NCBI GenBank assembly: GCA_036172245.1
Contig: JAYWIR010000023.1
Span: 1,116,001-1,180,000, forward strand
DNA length: 64,000 nucleotides
DNA from: Raillietiella orientalis
Lineage: Eukaryota
Reading direction: 5' to 3'
The notes under the pieces were generated by a model. That model was not told the DNA's origin and did no database searches. It saw nothing but the letters and a program-made list of their open reading frames with translations. Of this stretch, positions 12,961-26,419 are shown in pieces. Positions within the stretch are counted from its first letter, which is position 1, and every line of letters begins with the position of its first letter. The translations under genes and the position numbers were made by a program.

Positions 12961-15900
12961 GCCTCGCCTCCGCACGTGGGTGGCGCTTTCACCTGCGAAG
13001 TGCTCGCACGATGTATCAGCATCTCCACTGTTGCCATTCGCCGCGTTCAGAAGGGCCCGGCCTGCCCTCTAAACGCGTGGGTCTTCTCCGGCCCGCGAGC
13101 TCCGCACTCCCAGTGGTTGCCGCTTTCCGGTGTCTGGAGCGAGGGACGGAGACCCACTTCCCCTTTCATCCAAAGCGGAAGGAGGCGGAACAGGGAATCG
13201 ATCAGCGCTCGTAGCGTTCCCGAACAGCCTCCTGGGTGAGCTCGCGGGGGTCCCTCGTTCCCAGCGGGGCAGACGGAAGAATCCGCTTGTCCAAAAGCGC
13301 GCAAAGATTCTCCTAAGGAAGCTGAATTTTCGGTCTCCACGGGGAACCATGAGTCGGCGAAGATGGAAGAATCGGCCATCTCCGTTTCCCCGAAATCGAA
13401 AAAGAAGAATGAAACGAAGATGGAGGTCCTTTATTTTTTTCTTAAAAAAATCCTTATTGTCATTACAGTCACTGAGATTACCATTATTGTTTTTTTTGTA
13501 ACTGAAGCTGCAGCCTCAGATCGCGACTGAGGAGAACCCATGGAGCAGCTGGTGCACGGCAGCAGCAAAGAGTAAGGCGATGAGACTCCTAGCAACGGTA
13601 GCCAAAAATGGGACTGATGTCGAAAAATCAGCAAACGAGGATGAGCGAGGGAGCTTTCTTGAGCAACCGAGAGGGGTGGAGGAGAGCAGGCTAACAGAAT
13701 TCAGGGGGGGCACAGGCAGCGCTCTGGTGCTAAGGTGCGGTCATCGGCACGAGGGTTGAACGGGTTGCACCGCTTACGGATAGCATCTATCAGTGCTTAC
13801 TGATAGACCGCCTCTGGCTCTGCATGCAGCACGTGGACAGTCCGGACCAGGAGGGCCGCAGAGGGAACACGACATGGAAGAGAGGGACAGAAACTCCCGG
13901 ATTGCTCACAGGGAAGGAGGTGAAGTTCGCCGAATCCTGGATGAGGGAGCTCCACCGCAAGCCGCTTCCCGAGGCTTGCAGCGGCCGCTGGGGGGGGCAG
14001 GGATGTAGGAGATCTCTCAGGTAGCTCCAGGAGGGCCATCCTCCCTTTCCAGCAACACAGTCAACTCCGGAGCGTGTTCCCAGATCTTCCGTGAGGGAAT
14101 GACTTTGGTGGAGAGCGAGAAGACCGGCGTGGGCAGTCCTCTCGGGAGAGCAAGACGAGATGACGACCCGGTGCTGACCGAGGGACTTCGCTCCCCAGAG
14201 ACGCCCTTTCGCCCTCTTGGACGCGTACTTCATGCTGGTGAAATTTTACCTCTATCCTTCTTCCCCTCCCTCCCTTCGAGGAAAACTTTCCCTCCAGGGG
14301 AGAGGGAAACCAATCTCTCAAAGTCCTCAAAGAATCGCCTGCCGGAACAACGGAGCATGGAGACGGGCGGTCCAGCCCAAGCGCCAATTCTCTGCCGCTT
14401 TCACCTTCACAAGTCTTCCGCGGAGGAATTTCGAGGATGGAGCCCCACCGAAGGCAGCAGCACCTGAAAAGAAGGTTCCGGAGGAAACGATGCGAGAGGT
14501 CTCCCTCGGGTCGCTCCCGCAGGCGGGCGGGAAACATCGCGAAGGGTGTCTGCGCGTCCGCTGGACCATAAAACGAGAGCCCTTCCTCCGCATTCCTCCG
14601 ATCGGGAACGAACGCGAGACCTCGACAGGCTTTTCGAACCTTCACGCCGCCCGGCTTCACCGCGGCAAGTGCTTCAGTCGACCTCTCTCTTCTGTCCTTA
14701 GCAACGGGGATCGACTCGACGGACTCCGCTTCTGGAAGATCCCTCGAGGCGGGAATTCAGAGGGATGTGGCCGGTTCCGAGAACCATCTCCCCCTCCCAC
14801 ATACCTGGATTCAATCTTCCGAGATCCCGGAAGGCTTCGACTGCTTGCTCCGTCTTCCCAAAGTACCCTTTCTCCTTTCTCGCTGTCCTGAGTAGGCCAG
14901 CTTACCGATGCGAAAAGCGTCCAGGGAGAACGTCCGCATTGCTCGAGAAGCCGCGCACCCGTTTGAGGAACGGACGGCACGGCGCCCGTGGCTCTGTCAG
15001 CATCCAGAAGGGGGATCCACCTGCTCCATGAGAGCGGCCCCTCGCAGGTCCTCCGTGCGCGCGCGCACCAGCCGGCGGACCCTCAGCGTCTCTAATTCCG
15101 GATCCAACCCGCGCCTTTCGCGAAAGAGGGAGGAACTCCAGCCAGATCCGGTTCTTTGAACGCTTGATATAGCCTCCTGGGGTTCCACGCAGCTTTTCTT
15201 GGTCCCCAGGTCTTTCAGACAGCTGCCTGCGATCCAGCCGATCGAGGCTCACCTCACTGGACGTACTTATCTCAAGAGATTCCAGGTGTCCCAGAAAACG
15301 ATCCTGTGGACGACTTCCCGTTTGTGTGCAACTCTTGATTCCATACGGACGACTTGGACCCCGGGCGCTTGCGATTGTTAGCCCGACCTCAAGAAGAGTC
15401 CTTAAACCTGGTTCAACGCATTCATCCCGTCATTTCGCCGAGCATCAAAAAGCGGGAGGATGAAGCCACAGATGCTGGAAGTCAGCGTTGGGAGACTCTC
15501 GACCCTCGGAGTCTTCCCATAAAGTGGCTACAGTTGGCGATGCCGATTCTGCCTCGGGACCTCCCTATTTAACACCCGGTTGCCCAGGGGCGTTTCCTTA
15601 CCCGAAGAGAAAAATGGACAAACGAAGGTACACGACTTCTACTACCACGTGCCGATGGCCAAGTGCCACTTGGTCTTACTGTCCTACGAGCTCAGCATGC
15701 TGAGGACTTCCATCAAGGACTTGGTGAAGCTCGGCTTTGCCTTTGACCCCCAGAAGCTGCAAGTCATGATAACGGAAGCGAAGATTTCGTCCAGCACGGG
15801 AACAGCGAGTACCGACTGCTCGTCGTTGAGGAGATAAAAGAAGCGCTGAAAGTGCCGCGGCCAAGGATTCCTAGCGAACAAGAGGAGGGTTGAAGGAGTA

Positions 15901-17149
15901 CCTGAACAAGCTCAGGAACTATCACTTCCTCCTGAAGCACGATCTGGACCATACGACTGGACGAAAGACGAGGAAGGAAAATGGAACCCTCCCTGAATGT
16001 GAAGCTGAGTCCGGGGTCAGCCTGACTCAGGACATTGTGACCAAGGATCTCTGGCCGGCTGCCACCGATACGAAATAAACAAACAAAGGAGGGCATCAGT
16101 CCTACGAGACTTTTCGAGTTCATGAAGGGGAGGTGGGGTCGCAAGTCGGGTGCACGCAAGGACAGCAGCCTCTGCAGCTTGCTTGCAACGCAGAGGTCGC
16201 GAAGCCCCGACGTGACTTTCTCTTGTTATGAAGACGAGGTCATTCCCCTGCATTCACCCTCGTACGGCCCTTGGTCCTTGCTGGGGCGCCTCTTGAGTGC
16301 ACTGGAGTGCCACGATCCTCCTGGCAGTGAAGCGGAGACGCATCTCCTAGAGGGTTGCATTGTTCCCTGGCCAATGCGGGGACGTTTTTCGACAGCCCTC
16401 CAGTCCGACCAGTGGACAGTCCCAGTAATGTTGGCAAGAGCCTCTTCGTGAGGAAAGCACCGCCCCCTGCCGCCGCAATTGCAGCCCTCTGCTGCGTCCT
16501 CGGCCTGGTCGCGGCACGTGGCGGCTCCGAAAGAGCACGCGACGGCAGGAAAGCCGTCCACTCTGAGATCCTCTTTCTGAGGATTGTGACGGAAAGGACC
16601 CAAGTCGGGAAGTCACAAAGAGAAACTTGCCGGCATCCTACACAGGACAGTGATTTCACCCTATCCTTCCATAGAGCCAATTTTTTCATTTATCATTTCT
16701 CCCCTCCCTTCAACTTCCCTCTTGGGCCATTCCCATGGGATCTCTGGAACTGGGGGACTGATTCTTATATCTGGATGTGTTTGTTGTCGTCGTTATTTCT
16801 GCGATAGGCTCCCCGGAATACTCTCAGTCCAGATTGCTGGGTCATCTATTCAAAACAGGGAAGCAAATCCAAACAAACAGTTTGTGACCGACATGTGTCG
16901 AACCGTACCAAAGGGATTGCTCCCAACGCGGGCAGAGCTAAGGAGGAATGGAGGGAGGACAAGTATCAACAGCAAATGAATAGGGAATGAAATGGAGGAT
17001 GGATGAGATAGTGAAACTCAGCATAATTCCCGAGGGTCTGCGTCCGATGGAGGAGGGATGAGAGGAAGTAAAGGGTGAGCTCGCCATTATAGGGCCAGCC
17101 TGCCCACAATTGTCCGAAGGCTACGCTCACATCCCAGAGTGCGTCATCT

Positions 17150-17620
17150 TGCCACCTCTCGCATGTAGACGGTGGGGATCTCACACACCATTCTCCGGGA
17201 TAAGGCGGTCATGCCCTTCCGCCATTTTGGTGGTCTCGCGGTAGAGATTCGCCGGCGAGGAGGTAATGGACAAGCATACGGAGGCACACATTTCTTTAAG
17301 CAGTTCCTGAGGGGAAGGAATTGTTTCAGCGATGCGCTCCCACCATCTCTGGACCAGCCTTCCACGGACATGTGCAGAAGTGTCTCCACCATACTGCAGT
17401 GGGTGCACTCCTTAGGAGAGTCCAGTAACCACCCATTCTCTTTTTCACCTTCCATAGACGTCTTAAGGATGTGTGGAGTCTTGAATGGTGTCGCTCTGGG
17501 TTCAGAGATGTAGGGGAGCACTCTGAGACGTCTCGCTGAAGGAAACGTTTCCCACGGCGAGATGCTGGACGCGACCGATTGAAAACACTCAGCGTCTTCT
17601 TGCAATGTCCGCTAGACTTT
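17150..17620 (-). mobile_element. LINE ORF2 C-terminal zinc-binding (zf-RVT-like) remnant
   Basis: HILKT...WLLDSPKECTHCSMVETLLHMS, then LVQRWWERI in a shifted frame. This fits the C-x2-C-x3-ET-x2-H-x4-C...W pattern with the last Cys lost. Confidence 0.4.
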
Positions 17621-18429
17621 GATCGACGCTGACCCCTCTGTTAGGACACACTCGCTCCCGTGAATCCAGCACCTCTAGCGCCTCCGGCTTCACAGCGAAA
17701 ATTCATCCCGAGTCGCTTCCGCGCGCCTGCCACCTCCGCACGCCATGAGCGAGTTTCAAGCTGACCGCGGACGGCCACGTGGAAGAAGCCGTCGTCGTGG
17801 ACCTCTCCCCTTCGTTGTCTCCTTCCCTGCGGTTTCCTGCGCGCAAACCATTTCCCCTCCCCCCCCATTCGCGCACCGCGAACGAAAACCATTCGGCGCG
17901 TCGGGCAAGCTGACCGGCGGCAGTCGAACGCCGCGCGAAAGGCAGCGCGCGTGGCGAGGCCTCTCTTCCTCCTCTGGCCACGGGTCGCAAAGCCGTGCAG
18001 GTGGAGCTGGAAACGGCGGATTGCTGTGGTCTCGCACCGAGGGCTTCCCGACTGCGAGCGAGCGCTCCGCTCGTTGTTGCTTAAGGAAAGGAGTGGCTTC
18101 TTCGGTCGCCTGGATTCGCGACCCTCGGTGCGAATCCAGGCGACCGAACATCTTTCTCGAGTACCTGGCTTCGAGCCCGCGCCCGGTACTCGAGAAAGAT
18201 GGCGTCGCTATGAAGCCGCGCGAAGAAGGAAGAGACCGACGCACGCATTGCGGCGCATTTCTTGAACGGACCGCGTCCGGCCGCGCGTTCCCGGGGCGGA
18301 ATACGCGGCCCTCTGCGACAGGCACGTTGCCCGACGCCGCTCGAATCGGTGGATCGATGGAATTCGTTGCGATGCCAGCTGGTGCTCAGCTGAGCCACCG
18401 GAAATCTCATTCTCTCTCTCACTGCCGTG

Positions 18430-19480
18430 TGAAGACAGGCGTCAGCAACGAGTCCCCTGGCGTTTGGAGATCGGCTGTTGCTGGCTGTGTTGCTGCCGAC
18501 GAAGAACCCCAAACTGAAACTGTACCATGGTTACGCAGCGAGGAATCGAGGGGCTCTGCAAGCGATCATCCGCTCTTGCATTGGCGGTTCGTGAATGAAT
18601 CTCGAACTCACCTGACAACTGGGTGCGCCATTTTGACCGTGCAAGATGATGCAGCGAGTATGAAAATCCTCACGGCGAGATGATGGCTGCGACAAGCATC
18701 TGGGTCTGCTGGAAGGGAGGCGTCCTCTTGCCTTCTTGCATGTTGCACCTCCCGGAGCTGCTATTGGCGGCCGGAAGAAGCATGCGACGAAAGCTCACAT
18801 CTTGTGACGTCTCGTCGTCCCGATGTAAGCATGAATGGCATTTTCGAGAAAACCACCAGGCAGGACCACCTCTTGAGTCGGACCGGGTCGAACGTTTGGA
18901 CAATTCCGAACTTCTTACTTCTTCGAGTCATCCCTGTTGCCACTCATCTCGCCTTGGTCTCCTGTCCATGAAGAAATAGGAGAAGATGCCTCGTTCGGGA
19001 TGCCGCATATACTCAACCACTGCATCCGGTGTTCTCGTCTGCACTGCAGGAGACGCGGTGACGATTCCTGGAGCCCCCACCATGGAGGCAATCCATAGAA
19101 AAAGAGAAACGGTACTCCGTGATCAGCCGATTCCGGGGGTTCAGCTGACCCTGAAGCCAGGTCTGGTGTCGCGTCAAGAAAATCGGATCAGCGTCTTCGA
19201 CGTGTGTGCCGTCCGTTCGAAAATGCTGCAGCGCGGTTCCGAGCAGCTGTATTTGTCAAAGAGACCGCCTGCACTGCATCTAACGCCATCCTGGATGGCC
19301 ATGCGTCACTGAGTCACGTTCATTCTGTAGACTCAACAAAATCTTCAGATGATTTCGGCATGCGTGAGTCGGCTCGAAGGTGGCATCTCGCTGCAAGTCA
19401 GTTGAAGTCGACCGTGCTCGCTGCCTGATGTGCCTTGGAAAGTCTGCAAGCAAGCAAGCACGTTCATCTGCCAGAACAAT
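18430..19480 (+). mobile_element. Decayed RLE-type (R2/NeSL-like) non-LTR retrotransposon, 3' portion
   Basis: Motifs in the expected order across frameshifts: HSSRLGLL, knuckle half PHILNHC (from 19003), LKPGLVSRQENRISVFDV (from 19151), PFENAAARFRAAVFVKE (from 19213). These match the RLE PD..D..PFEN...K signature. Confidence 0.6.
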
Positions 19481-21479
19481 GTCTAAGAGCCTGATATCCT
19501 CTGGGCTCCATCATCATTTTAGCTTGTGGTGATCTACTTTAATGCTCTCATTAAAAGAAAATGTCCCTTTTCTCTGGAGACGAAGAATCATCTGGATGAA
19601 CTAAATCAACATGTGTCAGCAACCATGGCACTTTCCACAAGTATCTGTTGGTGATCGCTTCTAGGAGAATGAATGGGAAAGCGATGCATGGGGGTTGCTG
19701 AAGAAAACAGGGAATGTCCAGATGGCATCGTTTGCTCTTCGGAGAAAAGGAGGTCTGGGAACTTTTCTCTTTTTTCGTTCCGGAACGCGAGAGCATTTTA
19801 TTTATCTCAGAAGAGCAGCATACTTTGCTGCGCCGTCCGACTAAGGTTGCTGTAGAATCTGCTTGGCAGCGTTCTCAGTCGCTGCAAATTACCGAAGCCA
19901 CGCCGATGAGACTGGCAACGTGGTTCTGCCGAAAGCAACGAGAACGTCGGTCAAACCATAAACTGAAAGTTGCCTCCGGTGTCAGCTACGGGGCTTCGTG
20001 GTTCTCCGTTCATGTGACCACGGAAGGACCACGGTCTCTTGTCTCTCAACAAGGGAAAGTCTTATCCGGTAGCATTCGTTTGGTGTAAGCGCGGCGTGCA
20101 ACTGCTTCCTCCATCCGCGTCCAAGGAATTTGATCACAAAAACGAGCGCATCATTAGGCGCACATGCAGCTCCACACAGTCAATCGGCGACTCTGATAAG
20201 AGCTTTGACATCATTAAAACGGAATTGCTCTTGGCGGGTTTCACACACACAAAAAAATCTATTAGTCACCTGAGCTAATGATGTCACTTTGAGAAATCAC
20301 GTGCATCTTCTTAATGAATTTTCTTTTGTTTTTTTTTCTTAGCCAGTTATTTTTCTCTTCTTCTTCCTCTGTCTGTTTTTTCTTTTTCGATGAAAACAAT
20401 TGATAAACAGTGTCTCTCTCTTCCTCCTCTCTCCTGTGCTTTTACGAAGTGCATGTCAACGTTTTCTGGTAAGTCATCCTCTGGCAGGGCTCACGGGTCG
20501 TGAAAGTGAAACCTTCGCTCAAGAACGACTTGGTCTTTGCGCGACCTTTCCGGAAAACCTCCGGCTTCCCGCCGGAGCATCCTCGCTGGAAGTGCGCTGG
20601 TGCTGCTGGGAATCCTTCTGGAGCCGGTTCTCAGAGGGACCCGTTTTCCTCCGAGCATCATCCACCAGATGTGACGTCATCATGGGACCGAACTCGCCGA
20701 CCGTTGATCTGAACTCTTTCCAATGAGATCTTGGCTGCGGCTTCGGGCTGTTCCTCTGCTTCCCAGCTACTAGAAGTTCTTCGGAAATTCGCAGTTCCCA
20801 TCTAGCTGATCTCCGAAGACTGCGCGGCGCCCGTCCCCCTTCACCTTCTAGCGACTTCGGTTAGCCGTCCGCGTTCTCCCCCCTCCCCCCGATCCTGGAA
20901 GGAACTCCCCAGACTCGCAGGACGTCCCATGGTCTCAATGAATGGGAACGCGCAAATCCTTGCCGAGTGTCCAATACTCACTCTCCTTGCCCTTGGCTGG
21001 GATTCCCTACTTCGTCTCCTCGGCATCGAACCTTCACTATCAAATGGACAGTGCTTCAAGTCCTGCATCTCGGTCTCCTTCGCACTCTTGCTTGCCTGGG
21101 CCAGGAAATTGCAAGATTTCCAAGATCCTCTGATTGGCCCGCTTGGGTAGGAGATTCATTCCTCTCTCGAATCGTCTCTTCTCTTTCCCAAGAACGTGAT
21201 CTCTCCTGCGGGATCCCTACGAGCGATCGCTACTCTTGTTCCTCCCGATGCCATCCGGCCACTCTTCATGAAAGAGCTAATCTCTGCCCTATTGGTGAAT
21301 GAGAGGAGATACAGGATGATGAGTGCAACTGGAGACCACCCATCCGGCGTCGAACGCGACCAAACTCGTGCGAGTCGAAAGCTTCATTGGAGTCTCGAGG
21401 GCTCTTCTCCGCTGACCAGGTGTGGCGGTGCCGTGGGCGTGACGTTTACCTAGCGATCGTCACGTCCACGAGTCGGTGA

Positions 21480-22820
21480 GTACGGGAGGGCGTGATGGCT
21501 CCCGATTCCGGTAGAGGGGGGGTCGTGAACAGAGGCTGATAAAGCTTAGAAGTAGCAAGAGACATTCTGGGAGCTAGCCAACCCCTCCGGGAAGTCCTCC
21601 CGGTTGCCAGCATGGGAACGCTACGTCTTCCTCTTCTGTGTGGCTGATCTGTTCCGTGGTCGAGGTCCGCGTGATCTGTGCTGGAGCAAATCGCGCCGGC
21701 CTCAACCTGACTTATTTTATCCCATCCGGTGACCCACCTCGAGTCCCGTTCTTCACCCCTACAAAAAAGGAGACGAGAAAAAAGAAAGGAAGAGAGAGAG
21801 GAGGGTTGCGCGGTCCACATCAACAGAGTGTTGAGGCAGGTGATGAAAGTCGGGAAATGTCAAGAAAGACCATGGCTGGCGGCTTCGCGAACGAAGCCCT
21901 CGAGCACATCGCTGTAGGAGCGCCCCGTTTGTTGTGGCGACCGCCTCCACAGCCCGCCACAGCTTCCCTGGAGATCGGCCAAGTCCTCCTTCCCGGAAGG
22001 AACGAAAGCGGTGACCAAGTGACACGCGATCTGGAAGAGAGCGCCGTGCAGTCTTCACTGTCTCGTCCACGCGAAAAAAGACTCTCTGGTGCCCCTGCTC
22101 TCGTAGCATCGCTTCGGCTGCGCGGACACGCCAGGATCCACCACGAGAAGGATTGGCAGGCATGGTCGCCGGAGATACCAGTGGACCCCTCCTCCACCGG
22201 AAAGTTCCCTGTACATGGGATGTTTGTCTGGCCCCTGAATCGAAAGCGCTCGTGCTTTCAGGCCGGTGTCACGTGGTCAGTAAGAGAGACGCGTAGATCT
22301 TCCCCGCGTCCCTCTCGCTTGTATCGTCCACTCGTGTTTCTCTCCCACCTCCCTTTCCAGTCAGCCTCATCCTCTGCTCAAAGCATCAAAGGAAGCTCCC
22401 CTTCTGTCCATTTCCCGATGTGGCGGTCCAAATGCAGCCGCCACGTGCCCACCCTCTCGGCCGCTCCCACGTCGCAAGGAAGGCTAACGGAGGCTTGCAG
22501 TTGGTTCAGCCAGCCTCTTTCCCTCTTCCAACACGTCTTCTCGTGAGCGCCGTTCCCCATCCGCCCTGACACGCTTCCTGCCTCTCTGAGAACTTTCCAG
22601 ATTTACTTGAACCTCGATCAAGAGTGGATTCCTCCACCTTTCTTTCTTTCCTCCTTCCGCTGCATCCACAGAGCACCTCTGACTGGAAGGACCCGATTTC
22701 TGAGGCAACCGCCGGATGCGACGTTGGGAGCGGCTCGCGCAGAGCAGACTCCGGTCGTGCCGGATCGCGTACTCCCTGAATTCCCCGCGGGGGACGCAGG
22801 GAAGAGGAGGACGTCGCGTT
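21480..22820 (-). mobile_element. Decayed LINE with RT and RNase H remnants (copy A)
   Basis: Minus-strand EFREYAIRHDRSLL, RRLPQKSGPS and TWRLHLDRHIG are RT-like, followed by the RNase H-like tail DHADLDHGTDQ. Bases 21640-21748 are homologous to 23979-24085. Confidence 0.4.
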
Positions 22821-23824
22821 CCGGAGAGCGAGGATATGAAAACGAGGCGAGCCGGCGACGAACGAGCTGCTGGAGAAGCGTGGTGCGTCCCGCCGCGGTC
22901 TCCGCTGCTGCTACCTGGTTGCGGACGGTTGCCCGTCGCTGCCTGCTGAAGGAAGCGGCTTCGGCAGCCGTTTCCCGTGGAATCGCCTCGCCTTCCGCAG
23001 GGAACTGGGAAACTTCCCTCCTCCCCGGAGCCTTCGTCGTCCACACGCCAACTCCCGGATCTCCGAAAGTGGAAGGGGTCTGAGCTGGCCCCCGGGGCCC
23101 TAGACGAGCGTCTCCGCGCTGGCGATTCGTGTCCGTCCAGACCGCGGGATCTCCAGCCTGAACGACCGCAGGGAAAGCTCGTGGGGAACATAAGAGAACG
23201 CTGAGCGGCGGCTGCCGTATCAGGTGGGACCGGTCGCTCGCGCGGCAGCGGCCGAACCGCTTTTGCTGCCCCGGAGGCATAGGTTCTCTTAAGCAAAGAG
23301 AAAGTTCCTCCAGGAAGGGGCTTCCTCCGTTCCACATGAGAGCGGTGATGATGCTTGCATACCAATCCCTCCTCCTCCTCCTCCTCCTCCTCCCATTCCT
23401 GTCTAGGAAAGAATCCTCTCGCCTGCTTCTCTCTCCCCCCCCCTTCACATCTTCCCACTTTCCCCCGTATTCTTCGTGACCCGCGATGAGTCGCGCGCCT
23501 GCACGGGCAGCACTTTCACGCAGTAGCACGACGGTGCCCTCCGCCATCTCCGGCACCGATTTTCCGCAAGCTGCTGCTCCCCCGTGGTCACCTGGGGAAG
23601 GGGAGAAAGCGAAGGCTGAAAAGAAAAAGAAGAAAGACGTCGGATGCCTCCGCCTCATCGGACGGTCGGAGGGTACCCGCGACCCGGCAGGAAACCAGCG
23701 AGTGGCTCGACTCGTGTCCGCTGAAGCGTCCCTGCTGTTCGCCCACGCGGGTCTGAGGCTGTGTTCCCCCGCTCCTGCTTTTCCCGAAGGCCCGAATCCC
23801 CGAAGGCGCTCTCCCGGTTGTTCT

Positions 23825-24450
23825 CAGAGATGGAAGCTCGGAGTGGGCAAACCCCTGGGAGGTAGCCGAACCTCGCTTCATAGAGCTGGGCACGCGCCAC
23901 TTGTGCTGGGGTAGGGATTGGAAGATTATCAGGTGAGGCAAGACTCCTTCTGCTCGGCAGGATCGCTTCTTCTGGGCAGGCTGATCATTTCCGTGGTCGA
24001 GACCCGTGTGACCTTTGATGAAGCAAAGAGCGGTGACCTCAACCTGAGCTACCTTCATCCTATCCGATGACCCAACTCGCATCCTTCATCCTACTCTTTG
24101 CCTTACCTGATTATCTTCCAATCCCTACCCCAGCACAAGTGGCGCGTGCCCAGCCCTATGAAGCGTCCAGAATTTAGGCGCTTCCAGCCCTGTAAAGCGC
24201 TCAGAGTTCGGGAGCTTCCCAGTCCTATACAGCAATACGGCCGACTGCCTCGAGCATTGAATTTCTTCGCATAAACTTCAACACCTCTCGAGAGACTCGC
24301 GTATACTACTGTTCTGACAGTACATGCAGATATGTACGGTAAAACTTCCCAGCAACCGAACCTCTCTAAACTGGGTCGGGACGAATCTCCATCCACGGCG
24401 GTATCCCGTAGGCTTCGCCTCTTCCATGACGAAGGAGGCGGTCCCACCCG
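23825..24450 (-). mobile_element. Decayed LINE RNase H domain (copy B)
   Basis: AVDGDSS, TVVYASL, LGSSRTLSALQ and LCFIKGHTGLDHGNDQ correspond to the RNase H blocks TDGS, AEL, SDS.SAL and WIPGH.GI.GNE. Confidence 0.5.
23874..24165. repeat. 68-bp inverted repeat (23874-23941 / 24098-24165), 3 mismatches, 156-bp spacer
   Basis: Left arm cgcttcatagagctgggcacgcgccacttgtgctggggtagggattggaagattatcaggtgaggcaa compared directly with the reverse complement of the right arm. Confidence 0.95.
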
Positions 24451-26419
24451 CAATGAGAGGGCGCGGTTCGCCCATATTTACTCGCCTTTGTTCATCTGCT
24501 TTGCTCCTTGAACCCCAAATGCATCCCCAACCACCCCTGTCGGCCTTCGCGGTCTCCTGCTCAGCTGGCCCGCGGGTCGCTGGTTCGCCGCCGCCTTTTT
24601 CCCCCTCTTGGACTCCCGGAGTCCCGAAGGAAGGTTTCCACCGCTTCGCGCGTTTGTTTGTTCATCTCCCTGACGCATGCCCGGCGTCCCGACCTCGACG
24701 CAGCTCTTCTCGGTTGAGAGGGAAGTCGCCCGGGCGGTCCCCAGAGTCTGAACTCGCGACCCGGTGGAATCCTGGAGTCCTGCTTCCCCTCCTCGATTGA
24801 GACCCCTCCTGCGGCCGTCTGTCTCCCGCGCGACGCGCGCGCGGACGCGGTTTTTCCGACGGAGGATGCGCGGCAGACTCTGCGCGCGCGCGCGACGGGG
24901 ATCGGCGGGGGAGGAAGTCGGGCGAAATGCCGGTTTCTTTCTTTCCCGCCCGCCCGCTTTCGGGCGATCACCATTTTGGCGGCGTTAAAAATAGATTCCG
25001 GATGACCGAGTGCCGGGAGGCGGGTGGCCGCGGAGGAAGCACACCTGTGAGCAGCGGAACACCTCTTTCTCGGAGCCTCCCTGCAGAGGCGCGCCGCCCC
25101 CCAGGCAGTTTGTTTGCGATGCGCGCCGCACGGAGCCGCCCCAAACAGGGAGGAGGTTGGACTCCGCACCGAGAGCAGAGGGATGCAGCTCGCGTAATCC
25201 GACAAAGGCATTCCGGTCACAGTATCTCCCCTCCCCTTTCCCCTCCCTTAAGGAAAGGAAGAAGGGAGGGAAGATGGGGATTTGAGGTTAAAAGGTCAGC
25301 CGGGGTGCAGCAGCACGTCTTCCGACTGTTCCTCACAGTGGGAAGATTTCACGAAGAGATCGATTGTTGGATGTTTTTTTTCCTACCGGCTGCGTGACGC
25401 GGCTTCGCTCGGGAAGTGCCGGGGGCGGGGAATTCTTTCCGAAGTGAGCCCTGTGTTGCAGCGCCGCCCCCCTCCCTCCCTCCATACTTAGCCCCCTTCT
25501 TGTCCCCTTTCGCGCTGCGCACTTCTACCGCTGAGCCGCCGCCGGCGCCCTCCGCCTGCGGGACCGACTGGCATCGACGAGGTTTTGGCGGCCGCCGCCC
25601 AAAGGCAGTGGGCAGCCCCGCTCTCTCGAAGGGCGACCTCTCCGCGCCGCAGGGACCTTCCCGTCCGTCCACCACGAAACCTGGCGCAGCACATCTGTTC
25701 CCGTGGGTCGGCCCCTCTGCACGCGCTTCAGGTGCCGAGGGCGCGCGTTATTGCCCCCCAGGGAACGGAGGGACTTCGAGCCCGGCTGGCCCAGAGATGG
25801 CTCCTAGGGTCCATGAGGTTTCGCCTCCAGGAACAAGTGACCGCGAGGACTTGGCTCAGGACCGCAGAAGAGCTCGTTGAACACTTCCGGGTTACCCGGG
25901 AGAGCTGCAGGAGAGTCACCGGCGAATCGGCTCGCTCGGAGCAAACAAACGGCTGCGCGCCTTCCCCCGGCTCCACTCCGCCCCCCGAGGGCGCTGCCTG
26001 TTCCCAAGAGAACACTCGTCCGTAATTTGGGGGGAGCATGCACGACTTTCTGGTGGTGGTCGCTGCTCTGATTCGCTCCAAAATACCGTCATCTGCGCGA
26101 GGCGGCTCCCGATTGTGCGCAAGCAGGGTCTCTTGTTGGTCCACGTTAATTGGCGGGTGATGCTGCGCCCCGCAGATATCATCTCTCTTGCTGCCGGTGC
26201 GATACACTTTTCCCGGATTCTTTCGTTACCCCCCTGGAGTGGCTACGGCTCCTGCTATTTTCAGAACATCGCAGCGGAACCGGAATGCTTTCCTTGCCCG
26301 CGGCGGCTTTTGACCTCCAAGATCCATGACTCCGCCGAGAGAGAACGAATCTGGAGACGCAGCGCCCTTCGGCCGCCACTCTCGGTAGCACGGCGAGTGC
26401 CTCTTTCCCTTGTAGAGGG

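Noticed and set aside
20900..21450. Another LINE RT (EAFDS, GIPQE on the minus strand)
   Set aside because: Only two weak motifs; not listed as a feature.
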